From contig CABZXV010000001.1 of NCBI GenBank assembly GCA_902529785.1, forward strand, positions 22,215-86,214: 64,000 nucleotides of DNA. Reading direction: 5' to 3'. Shown piece after piece: positions 9,094-18,512 of this stretch; position 1 is the stretch's first letter, and each line of letters opens with the position of its first letter. A program made the position numbers and the translations under genes. The notes beneath the pieces were generated by a model that worked only from the letters and a program-made list of their open reading frames with translations, searched no databases and was not told the origin of the DNA. The stretch is from an uncultured Pelagibacteraceae bacterium (GTDB taxonomy: Bacteria; Pseudomonadota; Alphaproteobacteria; Pelagibacterales; Pelagibacteraceae).

Positions 9094-10835
9094 TGGAAAT
9101 TTACAAAGATCTCTCATCACCTGCTAGTCAGCAATTTCAAGAATTACTAAACAGCCAACTATCAAAAAATAAAATTGAAGAGGGCAAAATAATAGAGGGT
9201 AAAGTTACAAAAATTACTAATAAATATATCTTCCTTTTCATACCAGGTTTAAAAAGTGAACCTGTAATTGATGTTAATGAAATGAAGATGATAGGCATGG
9301 AGGGGGAAGTTAAGGAAGGCACTACTATTTCTGTTTTACTTGAAAAAATTGAGGATAAAAATGGAGATGTAGTTGTTTCGGCTCAAAAAGCTCAAAAAAT
9401 AAAAGGCTGGAACAAACTGGTTAAATGTTACGAGAATAATGAATTAATAAACGGAAAAATTACTCAAAAGACTAAAGGTGGTGTAATAGTAGAACACATT
9501 GAAACTGGATCTTTAATGTTCTGTCCAGGATCACAAATTTCAGACAAACCAGTAAAAAATATTGATCACTTAATAGGTGTTGAGCAAAAATTTGCTCTTA
9601 TCAAACTTGACATGGTTAGAGGAAACAGTGTTGTATCAAGGAGGCAGGTCGTATCTACAAACAAAAAAGAAGACAAAGTAAAAATTATAGAGAAATTTAA
9701 AGTTGGTGACATAATTAAGGACGCTGTTGTAAAAGGTTATTCATCATTTGGTTGTTTTTTTGAGGTAACCACACCAGAAGGAACACTAGATACACTGTGT
9801 CACCTTCAAGAGATAAGTTACAGCAGAGTAAACCATCCAGATGAAATTTTTAATATTGGTGAAAAACATGATTTAAAAGTAATTTCAATTGACATGGAAA
9901 AATTACAAGTTGGATGTTCAATAAAACAACTTTCGCCAGATCCTTTTGAGCATATATCTAATTATCAAATAGGGAGTCAATATAAAGTAAAAGTTGTAAA
10001 AATTACTGATTATGGTTGTTTTTGTGAATTAGAAGCTGGTCTAAGCACACTACTGCATAGCAGTGAAATGAGTTGGACTAAAAAAAATATTTCTCCAAAA
10101 AAAATGTTTAACGTTGGAGATCAGATAGACTGTGTTATTACAGAAATTGATAAAGAAAAAAGGAGGGTTGCTATATCACATCGATTAACGCAAGAGAATC
10201 CTTTTACTAAACTTGAAAATGCTTATCCAGTTGGCTCACAAATAGAAGGGGTCATAAATAATATTAACGAATATGCAATTTATCTTAAGTTGGCAGATTT
10301 TGAAATAGATGGTTTTTTACACTCTAACGATCTTTCTTATGGTGGTAAACCAGACGAGGAGTTAAAAAAATATAATAAAGGCGACAGTTTAAAAGTGCAA
10401 ATTCTAGAAATTAAAAAAACTGAGCAAAAAGTAAGAGTTGGTTTAAAACAGTTAGAAAAAGATCCATTTGACTGGTTTAAGGACAAAAAAATTAATGATG
10501 CAATTACAGTAAAAGTTATTTCTTCAGATAATAAAGGATTAATAGTTAAACCCGAAGGATGTGATATTGAGTTTTTAATTAAAAAATCTCAAATTGCAAT
10601 GAATGCTTCTGATGCTAGACCATCACGTTTTGTTGGTGGAGAGAGAATAGATGCTGCGATTTCAGAATTAAACTTTGAAAAAAGAAAGTTATCATTGAGT
10701 ATTAAATTGCTAGAGGAAATAATGAACGCTAAAGCAATAAAAGAACATTCTAGTCCACTGAGTGGAAAAAATCTGCCATTTTCATCACTTTCAGAGCAAC
10801 TAGATGATAAAAAAAATAAAAAGGATACTGAATAA
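9093..10835 (+). CDS. rpsA: 30S ribosomal protein S1
   Basis: Repeated S1 domains; 580 aa; cmk-rpsA-ihfB context. Confidence 0.95.
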   Translation: MEIYKDLSSPASQQFQELLNSQLSKNKIEEGKIIEGKVTKITNKYIFLFIPGLKSEPVIDVNEMKMIGMEGEVKEGTTISVLLEKIEDKNGDVVVSAQKAQKIKGWNKLVKCYENNELINGKITQKTKGGVIVEHIETGSLMFCPGSQISDKPVKNIDHLIGVEQKFALIKLDMVRGNSVVSRRQVVSTNKKEDKVKIIEKFKVGDIIKDAVVKGYSSFGCFFEVTTPEGTLDTLCHLQEISYSRVNHPDEIFNIGEKHDLKVISIDMEKLQVGCSIKQLSPDPFEHISNYQIGSQYKVKVVKITDYGCFCELEAGLSTLLHSSEMSWTKKNISPKKMFNVGDQIDCVITEIDKEKRRVAISHRLTQENPFTKLENAYPVGSQIEGVINNINEYAIYLKLADFEIDGFLHSNDLSYGGKPDEELKKYNKGDSLKVQILEIKKTEQKVRVGLKQLEKDPFDWFKDKKINDAITVKVISSDNKGLIVKPEGCDIEFLIKKSQIAMNASDARPSRFVGGERIDAAISELNFEKRKLSLSIKLLEEIMNAKAIKEHSSPLSGKNLPFSSLSEQLDDKKNKKDTE

Positions 10836-10838
10836 AAA

Positions 10839-11129
10839 TTGTCAGTTGTAAAATCAGATTTAATAAAAGAATTATCAAAAAATTATCCAAACTTTTTAAA
10901 AAAGGATTTAATAAAATTATTTGATATCATAATTTATGAAATTCAAGAGACTTTAAAAAGAGGTGAGAGAGTAGAACTTAGGGAAATTTTTTCAATTGAG
11001 CCAAGAATTCAAAAAGCTAGAATATCTCGAAATCCAAAAACAAATGAAAAAATAAATACTCCTAAAAAGAAATCAATATTGTTTAAGATGTCAAAAGAGT
11101 GGATGAAGAAAATAAATGAAAAAGAATAA
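10839..11129 (+). CDS. ihfB: Integration host factor beta / HU family protein
   Basis: Motifs KSDLIKEL, GERVELR, RNPKTNE; follows rpsA. Confidence 0.8.
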   Translation: MSVVKSDLIKELSKNYPNFLKKDLIKLFDIIIYEIQETLKRGERVELREIFSIEPRIQKARISRNPKTNEKINTPKKKSILFKMSKEWMKKINEKE

Positions 11130-11787
11130 AGTTTTTATTGCCTGCGATAGTAAAAATCTTAAAAAAGTTAGTGAAATAATAAAAAAGACTCAAACTCAAA
11201 AATTAGATATTGGTTACAAGTTTGGATTAGAATTTTTAAATTCAAAAAAAGGAAGAATTTTTGTTTCAAAATTAAAAGACAAAATTACATTTGGAGATTA
11301 TAAGCTTGCAGATATTCCAAATACCTGCAAATCAGCCATAAAGGCTGTAAGAGATTTAAACTTTAATTATTTAACAATACATATTAGTTCAGGTTTAGAG
11401 GCACTTAGAGCGGCTAAAAAAGTTGCTGGTAAAACTAAATTAATTGGTGTGACTATTCTTACGTCTATAGACAATAAATCTTTAAAAGAAATTGGATTTG
11501 ATAAAAATGTTAAACAAATAGTACTTAAGCAAGCTAGACTGGCAAAGAAAGCAAAATTAGATGCAATAGTATGTAGTGCAAAGGAAGTTAAAACTATTAA
11601 AAAAGTATTTAAGAAAGAAATAATTACGCCTGGTATAAGATTAAATTCCATGTCTGATGACCAAAAAAGAGTTGTAACACCAAAACAAGCTTATAAAAAT
11701 GGTAGTGATTGGCTTGTCATAGGTAGACCAATTACAAAAGGAAATATAAAAAAAAACCTCCAATCATTAATTAATCATTTAAATTAA
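11116..11787 (+). CDS. pyrF: Orotidine-5'-phosphate decarboxylase
   Basis: Motifs DYKLADIPNT, GVTILTS, TPGIR, DDQKRV, VIGRPIT. Confidence 0.95.
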   Translation: MKKNKVFIACDSKNLKKVSEIIKKTQTQKLDIGYKFGLEFLNSKKGRIFVSKLKDKITFGDYKLADIPNTCKSAIKAVRDLNFNYLTIHISSGLEALRAAKKVAGKTKLIGVTILTSIDNKSLKEIGFDKNVKQIVLKQARLAKKAKLDAIVCSAKEVKTIKKVFKKEIITPGIRLNSMSDDQKRVVTPKQAYKNGSDWLVIGRPITKGNIKKNLQSLINHLN

Positions 11788-12401
11788 TGATTAGAGGCAT
11801 AAAAATCTGCGGGATCTCTGATCTTACAACTTTAAATTATATATTAAATCATTCACATCCTCCAAATTTTGTTGGTTTTATTTGTAATTACAGAAAAAGT
11901 AGAAGATTTGTTGAATATGAAAATTTAAAAATATTATTAAGTCATAAAAAAAATAAAACTTATTTTGTTTCTGTCCTAGTTAGCCCAGACAAGCAAATTT
12001 TAGAAAAAATTAAAAATTTGAATTTTGACTTTTATCAACTCTATGATGTGAGTCCTCAGAAAACAAAGGAAATTAAAGAAAAATATAAAGTAAAAATTAT
12101 CACCGCCCTTACAATTAAAGATAAAAAGGATGTTGAAGTATATAAAGATTACAATGGAATTTCAGATATAATTCTATTTGATGGAAAAGGTTATGAAAAA
12201 TCAGTTGGTTTTAACCATCAACTATTGGATACAGTGCCTGCTTCAGTAAATAAAATGATTGCTGGAAATATAAAAATAGAAGATATTGCTAAATTTAAAG
12301 ACAAAAATTACTTTGTTGACCTTAGTGGAGCACTAGAAAGTAAAGAGGGTAAAAAAGATATAGTTAAAATTAACAAATTATTAAACTTATCAGACATATG
12401 A
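11787..12401 (+). CDS. trpF: Phosphoribosylanthranilate isomerase
   Basis: Motifs IKICGI, VGFI, VDLSGALES, GKKD; precedes trpBA. Confidence 0.88.
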   Translation: MIRGIKICGISDLTTLNYILNHSHPPNFVGFICNYRKSRRFVEYENLKILLSHKKNKTYFVSVLVSPDKQILEKIKNLNFDFYQLYDVSPQKTKEIKEKYKVKIITALTIKDKKDVEVYKDYNGISDIILFDGKGYEKSVGFNHQLLDTVPASVNKMIAGNIKIEDIAKFKDKNYFVDLSGALESKEGKKDIVKINKLLNLSDI

Positions 12402-13633
12402 AATTAAGAAAAGGAATACCAGTAATAGATCAAGGTGATAAACTCGGTTTTTGGGGAGGTAAATTTGGTGGAAATTTTGTACCTGAAACACTTAAAAAAC
12501 CCATAGAGGATCTAGAAATACAATTTAATAAATTGAAAGAAGATAAAAACTTTATAAGGGAACGAAACAAATATTTTAAAAATTGGATAGGTACACCTAC
12601 AAGATTTATTAAACTAAATAAATTAACTAAGCATGTTGGGGGGGCACAAATTTGGTCTAAAGTTGTATCTGATGCCAATGGTGGCGCTCACAAGATATAC
12701 AATGCTACAGTTCATTGTTTATTAGCAAAAAGATCAGGAAAAAAAGTAATTATTGGCGATACTGGAGCTGGCTATGCCGGCAAAATGCTAAGTATGGCTG
12801 CTAAAAAATTTGGATTGAAATGTAAGATATTTATGGGAGCAAAAGATATCGAAAGACAACAGCCAAATGTAAGGGCTATGAAAAGAAATGGAGCAGATGT
12901 AATACCTGTTTATTCAGGAAGTCAGACTCTTGTAGATGCAGTATCTGAATGTATGAGATATTGGGTTGCTAATTGTGATACAACTGCAATGTGTGTAGGC
13001 AGTACAGTAGGTCCAGCAATTTTTGTACGTATATGTGGTTGGAGCACCAGCCAAATTTCTAGGGAACTCAAAACACAATTAATTAGTGAATTTGGTTCAA
13101 TTCCAAAAAAACTTAAGTTATATAATTGTGTTGGAGGAGGCTCATCAAGTTTTGGTTTTTGGAATGAGTTTATGGATTATGACAAAAAACAAGTTGAGTT
13201 TATCGGAGTAGAAGCTGGCGGGCCATCTAAAAGTAAAAAGCATGCTGCTCCCCTTACTTATGGTTCTAAAATTGGAATACTACATGGAGCTGCTCAATAT
13301 GTTAATCAGAACAGCGATGGACAGATTGAAGAAACGGAATCTATTTCTGCAGGTCTTGATTATCCTGGAATATCTCCTTTACATTGCTTTTTAAAAGATA
13401 CTAAAAGAGCCAGGTATACAGCAGCTAGTGATGAAGAAGCATTAAAGGCCTATAAGATAGTTACTAAGTATGAAGATTTAAGGCCCTCTCTTGAACCAAG
13501 TCATGCTTTCTCGGTTGCAATTAAAGAGGCAAAAAATCTAAGCAAAGATACAATTGTAGTTATTAATAGTTGCGGCGATGCCTACAAAGATAAGAAAATT
13601 TTGGAACAAAAATTAGGAAAAAAGTATGCTTAA
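12398..13633 (+). CDS. trpB: Tryptophan synthase beta subunit (divergent active site)
   Basis: PLP lysine motif GAHK; MGAKDIERQ, CVGGGS, SISAGLDYPG, LEPSHA. Confidence 0.9.
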   Translation: MKLRKGIPVIDQGDKLGFWGGKFGGNFVPETLKKPIEDLEIQFNKLKEDKNFIRERNKYFKNWIGTPTRFIKLNKLTKHVGGAQIWSKVVSDANGGAHKIYNATVHCLLAKRSGKKVIIGDTGAGYAGKMLSMAAKKFGLKCKIFMGAKDIERQQPNVRAMKRNGADVIPVYSGSQTLVDAVSECMRYWVANCDTTAMCVGSTVGPAIFVRICGWSTSQISRELKTQLISEFGSIPKKLKLYNCVGGGSSSFGFWNEFMDYDKKQVEFIGVEAGGPSKSKKHAAPLTYGSKIGILHGAAQYVNQNSDGQIEETESISAGLDYPGISPLHCFLKDTKRARYTAASDEEALKAYKIVTKYEDLRPSLEPSHAFSVAIKEAKNLSKDTIVVINSCGDAYKDKKILEQKLGKKYA

Positions 13634-14426
13634 TCCAATTAGTCTTGCATTTTTAAAAGCAAAAAAAGAAAATAGACCAGCTTTAATTACATATACCGTT
13701 GCTGGTGATAGTTCAAAGAAGCAATCTTTAGAAATATTAAAGTCAATATCGAATTATGCAGATATTTTAGAAGTTGGTGTACCTCATAATACACCTGTTG
13801 CAGATGGAGGACAAATACAATCAAGTGCTTACAGAGCTATAAAAAATGGCATAAGAATGAATGACATATTTAAAATAGTTAAGGATTTTAAAAAAAGTAA
13901 ATATTCCAAACCAATTATATTGATGGGGTATTACAATATGATTTATCAACATGGTGAAAATAAGTTTTTAAAAAATTGTAAAAGATCAGGTGTGAATGGT
14001 TTGATCGTTGTGGATTTACCTTGGCCAGAAAACAAAATTTTTTCAAATAAATGTAAAAAAAATTCAATTAATTTTATTCAGTTATTATCACCAACAACAT
14101 CAAATAAAAGATTAAAGTGTATTACAAAAGACTCCCATGACATGATCTATTATATAAGCATGTTATCAACTACAGGAGGAAAACTTAAAGTCTCACCTAA
14201 AAAAATATTACAAAATTACAATAAAATTAAAAATATTAGCCCAAAGAAAAATTGTGTAATTGGATTTGGAATAACTGAAAAAACTATATCAAAATTTAAA
14301 AATACAGATGGGCTAGTAGTTGGAAGTCAAATTTGTAAAGAAATTACTAGAAGTTTAAATAATAGACAAAATCCTGTCATAAATGTAAGTAAGATGGTTT
14401 ATAAATTAAAAAAGAAAATATCATGA
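13626..14426 (+). CDS. trpA: Tryptophan synthase alpha subunit
   Basis: Motifs LEVGVP..PVADG, LMGYYN, VDLP, GFGI, DGLVVGS. Confidence 0.93.
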   Translation: MLNPISLAFLKAKKENRPALITYTVAGDSSKKQSLEILKSISNYADILEVGVPHNTPVADGGQIQSSAYRAIKNGIRMNDIFKIVKDFKKSKYSKPIILMGYYNMIYQHGENKFLKNCKRSGVNGLIVVDLPWPENKIFSNKCKKNSINFIQLLSPTTSNKRLKCITKDSHDMIYYISMLSTTGGKLKVSPKKILQNYNKIKNISPKKNCVIGFGITEKTISKFKNTDGLVVGSQICKEITRSLNNRQNPVINVSKMVYKLKKKIS

Positions 14427-15352
14427 ATTGGCTTACAAGAGCGATAAGTTTTGGAGAAAAGATAAAGAAGGTACTTCGTAAGAGACCTTCAAAAGAAGAA
14501 ATTGCTAATTCTGACTGGACAAGTTGTTGTAAGGGACCGATATTAAAAAAAGATTTAGAGAATAATCTATGGGTTTGTAATCTTTGTGGAAAACATCATA
14601 GAATAAGTTGTAGACAAAGATTTGATATAATTTTTGGAAAAAATTCCTACCAAATATTAGAATCTCCAATACCTACAGAGGATCCATTGAATTGGGTTGA
14701 TACAAAATCCTATAAAGAGAGACTTAAAATAGCAAGAAAGAAAACAAATCAAAACTGTGCAGTTATGATTGCAAAGGGAAAAATTAATGGAATTGAGGTT
14801 ACAGCTGGAGCAATAAATTTTGATTTTATAGGTGGGTCAGTTGGCGCTGCTGAGGGTGAAGCAATAATTTATGGAGTACAACATGCTATTGACAATCAAA
14901 CTCCTTATCTATTCTTTCCTTGTGGAGGGGGCCAACGAATGTTTGAGTCCACTATAGCTTTAGCAAATATGACTAGAACAACTCTTGCTATAAACGAACT
15001 TAAAAATAATAATTTACCTTATATTGTTTGTTTTACAGATCCTACAGCTGGTGGGATTACAGCTTCATTTGCAATGTTAGGAGATATACATTTTGCAGAA
15101 CCTGGTTGTATGATCGCTTTTGCTGGGAAAAGAGTAATTCAAGCAACCGTAAAGGAGGAATTAAGTTCTGATTTTCAAACAGCTGAATTTGTAGAAAAAC
15201 ATGGATTTGTGGATAAAGTTATACAAAGAAAAGACTTACCAAAAGAAATCGGTAATCTTCTTTCGATATTGCTAAGAAAAAATTCTGACATAAATTTTGA
15301 AAATTTAAATGAAACTTCAGAAACTGATATCCAAACTCGAGAAGCATCATAA
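14423..15352 (+). CDS. accD: Acetyl-CoA carboxylase carboxyltransferase beta subunit
   Basis: Motifs FDFIGGSVG, PTAGGITASFAMLGD, AEPG, FQTAEF, HGFVD. Confidence 0.92.
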   Translation: MNWLTRAISFGEKIKKVLRKRPSKEEIANSDWTSCCKGPILKKDLENNLWVCNLCGKHHRISCRQRFDIIFGKNSYQILESPIPTEDPLNWVDTKSYKERLKIARKKTNQNCAVMIAKGKINGIEVTAGAINFDFIGGSVGAAEGEAIIYGVQHAIDNQTPYLFFPCGGGQRMFESTIALANMTRTTLAINELKNNNLPYIVCFTDPTAGGITASFAMLGDIHFAEPGCMIAFAGKRVIQATVKEELSSDFQTAEFVEKHGFVDKVIQRKDLPKEIGNLLSILLRKNSDINFENLNETSETDIQTREAS

Positions 15353-16574
15353 AAAAAAACTAGATTTATCTTTAGGAAGGACTTTCAATCTTTTAAAAAA
15401 GCTTGGTAACCCCCAAGATAAATTAAAAAATATTGTAACAGTTGTAGGGACTAATGCTAAAGCAAGCATGTGTTATAGTCTTAAGTCAATTCTAAACCAA
15501 GCTGGATACAAATGTAATCTTTATACTTCTCCACACCTTCTCTCATATACAGAAAGATATATTCACAATGATAATGAAATTGATGAAGATAATTTAATCG
15601 ATTTATTAATAGAAATTGAAAGTGTTTTAGGAGATGATAATGCAACATTATTTGAGATTTTAACTTGCGCATTCATTAAGCATGCTGAAAATTTTAAAGA
15701 TAATGTAAATATTATAGAGGCAGGCTTATTTCATCAATTTGATAGTACAAATGTATTTAAAGAAAATTTGATGACCATGATTGGTGTGATTCACAATGAT
15801 CACTTTCAATGGCTTAATAATAAATCAATTGAGGGAGTGATACATGAAAAAACAGCTAAACTTTTAAATTCAAATATATTTGTTAATAAACAAGTCAATA
15901 ATTTAATAAGAGATAAAATAGAAGACTCATTAGTAAAAAATACATCTAATAAATATTTTTTTGGAAAAGATTTTAATATTTCAAATTCTGAAAAAACATT
16001 TATACAATATAAAGACAATTTGGGAGAAATGATGTTGCCTGAACCTAATGTACTCGGAAATCATCAATTATACAATATAAGTACCTCGATTGCTGCATCA
16101 AGGAAAATTTTTAATATAAAAGATAATGATATAATTAATGGTATTCGAAAAATTAAACTTAGAGGAAGATTAGAAGAAATCAAAAGTGGTAGGTTAAAAA
16201 CGATTGCAGGCAATAATAGATTAATTGTTGATGGTGGGCATAATATAAGCGCTAGTTTATCTATTGCGAGTTGGTTGAAAAATCAAAATCAAGAAACAAA
16301 TCTTATAGTTGGGATGATGAAAGACAAGGAACATCTTGAATTTATGAAATCCTTTAAAAATACAGTTAATTCTATAACTTTAATTGATATTCCTAATCAG
16401 AATAGTGCAATATCAAAAGAAGATTTTGAAAATAAAATAAATAAATTAAACCTAAATTTAAAAAAATCTCAAAGTATTGAAAGTGCTATTAAATCGTTAT
16501 CTAAAAATGAAAATTCAATTATTCTATGTGTTGGTTCATTATATCTTGTAGGAGAAATCTTAAAATTAAATTAA
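15309..16574 (+). CDS. folC: Folylpolyglutamate/dihydrofolate synthase
   Basis: Motifs GTNAKAS, YTSPHL, TLFEILT, VDGGHN, GSLYLVGE; trpA-accD-folC synteny. Confidence 0.9.
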   Translation: MKLQKLISKLEKHHKKKLDLSLGRTFNLLKKLGNPQDKLKNIVTVVGTNAKASMCYSLKSILNQAGYKCNLYTSPHLLSYTERYIHNDNEIDEDNLIDLLIEIESVLGDDNATLFEILTCAFIKHAENFKDNVNIIEAGLFHQFDSTNVFKENLMTMIGVIHNDHFQWLNNKSIEGVIHEKTAKLLNSNIFVNKQVNNLIRDKIEDSLVKNTSNKYFFGKDFNISNSEKTFIQYKDNLGEMMLPEPNVLGNHQLYNISTSIAASRKIFNIKDNDIINGIRKIKLRGRLEEIKSGRLKTIAGNNRLIVDGGHNISASLSIASWLKNQNQETNLIVGMMKDKEHLEFMKSFKNTVNSITLIDIPNQNSAISKEDFENKINKLNLNLKKSQSIESAIKSLSKNENSIILCVGSLYLVGEILKLN

Positions 16575-16888
16575 ATGTTTTCTTTTATCCAAGAAACAAT
16601 TTCACTCTTAGGCACTGCTCCAACTTTCGTAGAAACATGATTTCCATCTTTCATCAAAATCATCGTTGGAATTCCACGGACTCCATATTTTGTAGGAGTA
16701 TTTGGCTCCTCATCTATGTTATGTTTTGCTATTGATAACTGGTCAGACATTTCATCTGAAATCTCTTCTAAACTAGGAGCTACCATATGGCAAGGTTTAC
16801 ACCAATCTGCCCAGAAATCACAAATAAGTATTTTATTATCTTTAACTAACTGATCAAAACTCTCGTCTGTAGATTTAACTGTCGCCAT
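16571..16888 (-). CDS. trxA: Thioredoxin
   Basis: DFWADWCKPC active site, GVRGIPT. Confidence 0.95.
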   Translation of the reverse strand: MATVKSTDESFDQLVKDNKILICDFWADWCKPCHMVAPSLEEISDEMSDQLSIAKHNIDEEPNTPTKYGVRGIPTMILMKDGNHVSTKVGAVPKSEIVSWIKENI

Positions 16889-16954
16889 AAGTATTTTATA
16901 TAAATAAATTTTATTTATTCAATAGTTAAAAGTATGTAAATTTAATTTTATACA

Positions 16955-18388
16955 TTAAACATTTTCGTACTTTTTTTGAATAGACATTGCATAATTATTA
17001 AACTCATCCAAAAGAGCTAATTTTTCATTATCATTTTCATTAGTATATTTTTCTCTTAAAGTATCAATTTCATTATATAAAGTTGGAATAGTCCACCATT
17101 TTTCTTTTTTCTCACTGAGTATCCTTTTTGCTATATTTCTTCTAATGGACTTATACATAGAGTCTGGAAGTATTTCTGGAGCTTCTTGAAAGATAATTTT
17201 TTTACCAAAGCTTACTAATCTATCGTCGTCAAACTTATCTAGTAAATTTAATTTCTCTTTCCATGGTGCTTCATGCCAACTTGGAAACAAAGCAGTATCT
17301 TTATTTGATGTAAATTTTGAATAAATACTTTCCTCTGCATATATATCTTCTTGAGATTTCGATTGTTCTTTTTCTTCTGCAACCTCTCTTAAAGCAGTTA
17401 AAATATTTTGTGAAAATTGTTCATTATTTTGAACAAATTCTGCTCTTTTTTTAATTACGTTTTTATCTAGTTTATTATATGGTTCAACATTTAAACCATA
17501 TTTGGCATCAATTATTATCGGTGCTTTATTTGATCTAACAGTTCTTAAAAACTTCGGTGTTTTTTTCATCTCAGTTTTTAATTCATTTATAGATTTATTA
17601 ATCAATGGTTGAATTTCTGTTCTAAGATCTATTGTGTAGTACCATCCTTGATAAATAGGATGCATACAATGCTTTGCATGCAATGGTATAACTAAATGAA
17701 GCCTGGACTTTCCATAATAATACTCATTTAAAGTTACAATTTCTCCTTTTTTCATGATGGTTTCGGTATTATATTTATTTGAAGTACTTAAAAAAGATTC
17801 CCAAGTATATTCCTGTTTTTGTTTAACAATTTTTAAAACTTTTGCAGTAAGTTCTGCATCAGCTAAGGCTGAGTGTGCATCACTTGCATCTATACCTTGC
17901 ATCTGAGCCAGAGATGCTAATTTAAATACAGGATTGTTTTTTTCATTAATTTCAGTCTCTAAAACTGTTGGATCTACTGCATATGCAGCTCTTGCAATAT
18001 TTATTCCATCGTGTCTTGTATTGGGAGCAGAATTTGTCAAATAAGGATACCTAATACTTTTGAAAAATTCTTTTCTTATCATCTCCTCGTCAAAGTTTAG
18101 CGAACTCCATCCCAAGAAAATTGCTGGGCTCCATTTCTTAAAAATTTTTTCAACTTGTCCAAGCATTTGATAATGACTTAGATTTGTTTGGGTAAGTTGT
18201 TTAATTGATGTCTTATTAACTATTAATGCTGCTGCTTGAAAAATCTCAGTTTCATGAAGTCTGCATCGAAGATTAAACCTATCTTTTTCTTTAAAATTCT
18301 CATCAAATAGTATTCCACCAATTTCTATTATACTGCCAAAGTCAGTACTAGCACTCGATGATTCTATGTCCCAAATTGCTAAATTCAT
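16955..18388 (-). CDS. sbcB: Exodeoxyribonuclease I (SbcB-like 3'-5' ssDNA exonuclease)
   Basis: DEDDh motifs WDIESS, GWSSLNFDEE, FKLASL, AHSALADA; VRSNKAP; length like ExoI. Confidence 0.82.
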   Translation of the reverse strand: MNLAIWDIESSSASTDFGSIIEIGGILFDENFKEKDRFNLRCRLHETEIFQAAALIVNKTSIKQLTQTNLSHYQMLGQVEKIFKKWSPAIFLGWSSLNFDEEMIRKEFFKSIRYPYLTNSAPNTRHDGINIARAAYAVDPTVLETEINEKNNPVFKLASLAQMQGIDASDAHSALADAELTAKVLKIVKQKQEYTWESFLSTSNKYNTETIMKKGEIVTLNEYYYGKSRLHLVIPLHAKHCMHPIYQGWYYTIDLRTEIQPLINKSINELKTEMKKTPKFLRTVRSNKAPIIIDAKYGLNVEPYNKLDKNVIKKRAEFVQNNEQFSQNILTALREVAEEKEQSKSQEDIYAEESIYSKFTSNKDTALFPSWHEAPWKEKLNLLDKFDDDRLVSFGKKIIFQEAPEILPDSMYKSIRRNIAKRILSEKKEKWWTIPTLYNEIDTLREKYTNENDNEKLALLDEFNNYAMSIQKKYENV

Positions 18389-18405
18389 ATTGTTAACCTC
18401 AAATT

Positions 18406-18471
18406 AGCTATGTTTTGATGAGTTTTTGGAAAGTTTTTTAAGACTAAACCTTTGCATCTAAACAAGTAGCT
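18406..18471 (-). promoter_or_regulatory. Extended imperfect hairpin in the sbcB leader (candidate cis-regulatory RNA or terminator)
   Basis: Minus-strand nested pairings AGCUA/UAGCU, UGUUU/AAACA, GAUG/CAUC, AAGGUUU/AAACUUU, ending just upstream of a GAGG SD. Confidence 0.4.
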
Positions 18472-18512
18472 TCTAGTTAGTTTCCCCTGTTCTATGTATT
18501 GGTTGTTTAAAG

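Noticed and set aside
18476-18506. Possible alphaproteobacterial LexA box (GTTC-N7-GTTC) upstream of sbcB
   Set aside because: There is only one GTTC, and the partial second half-sites are at the wrong spacing.
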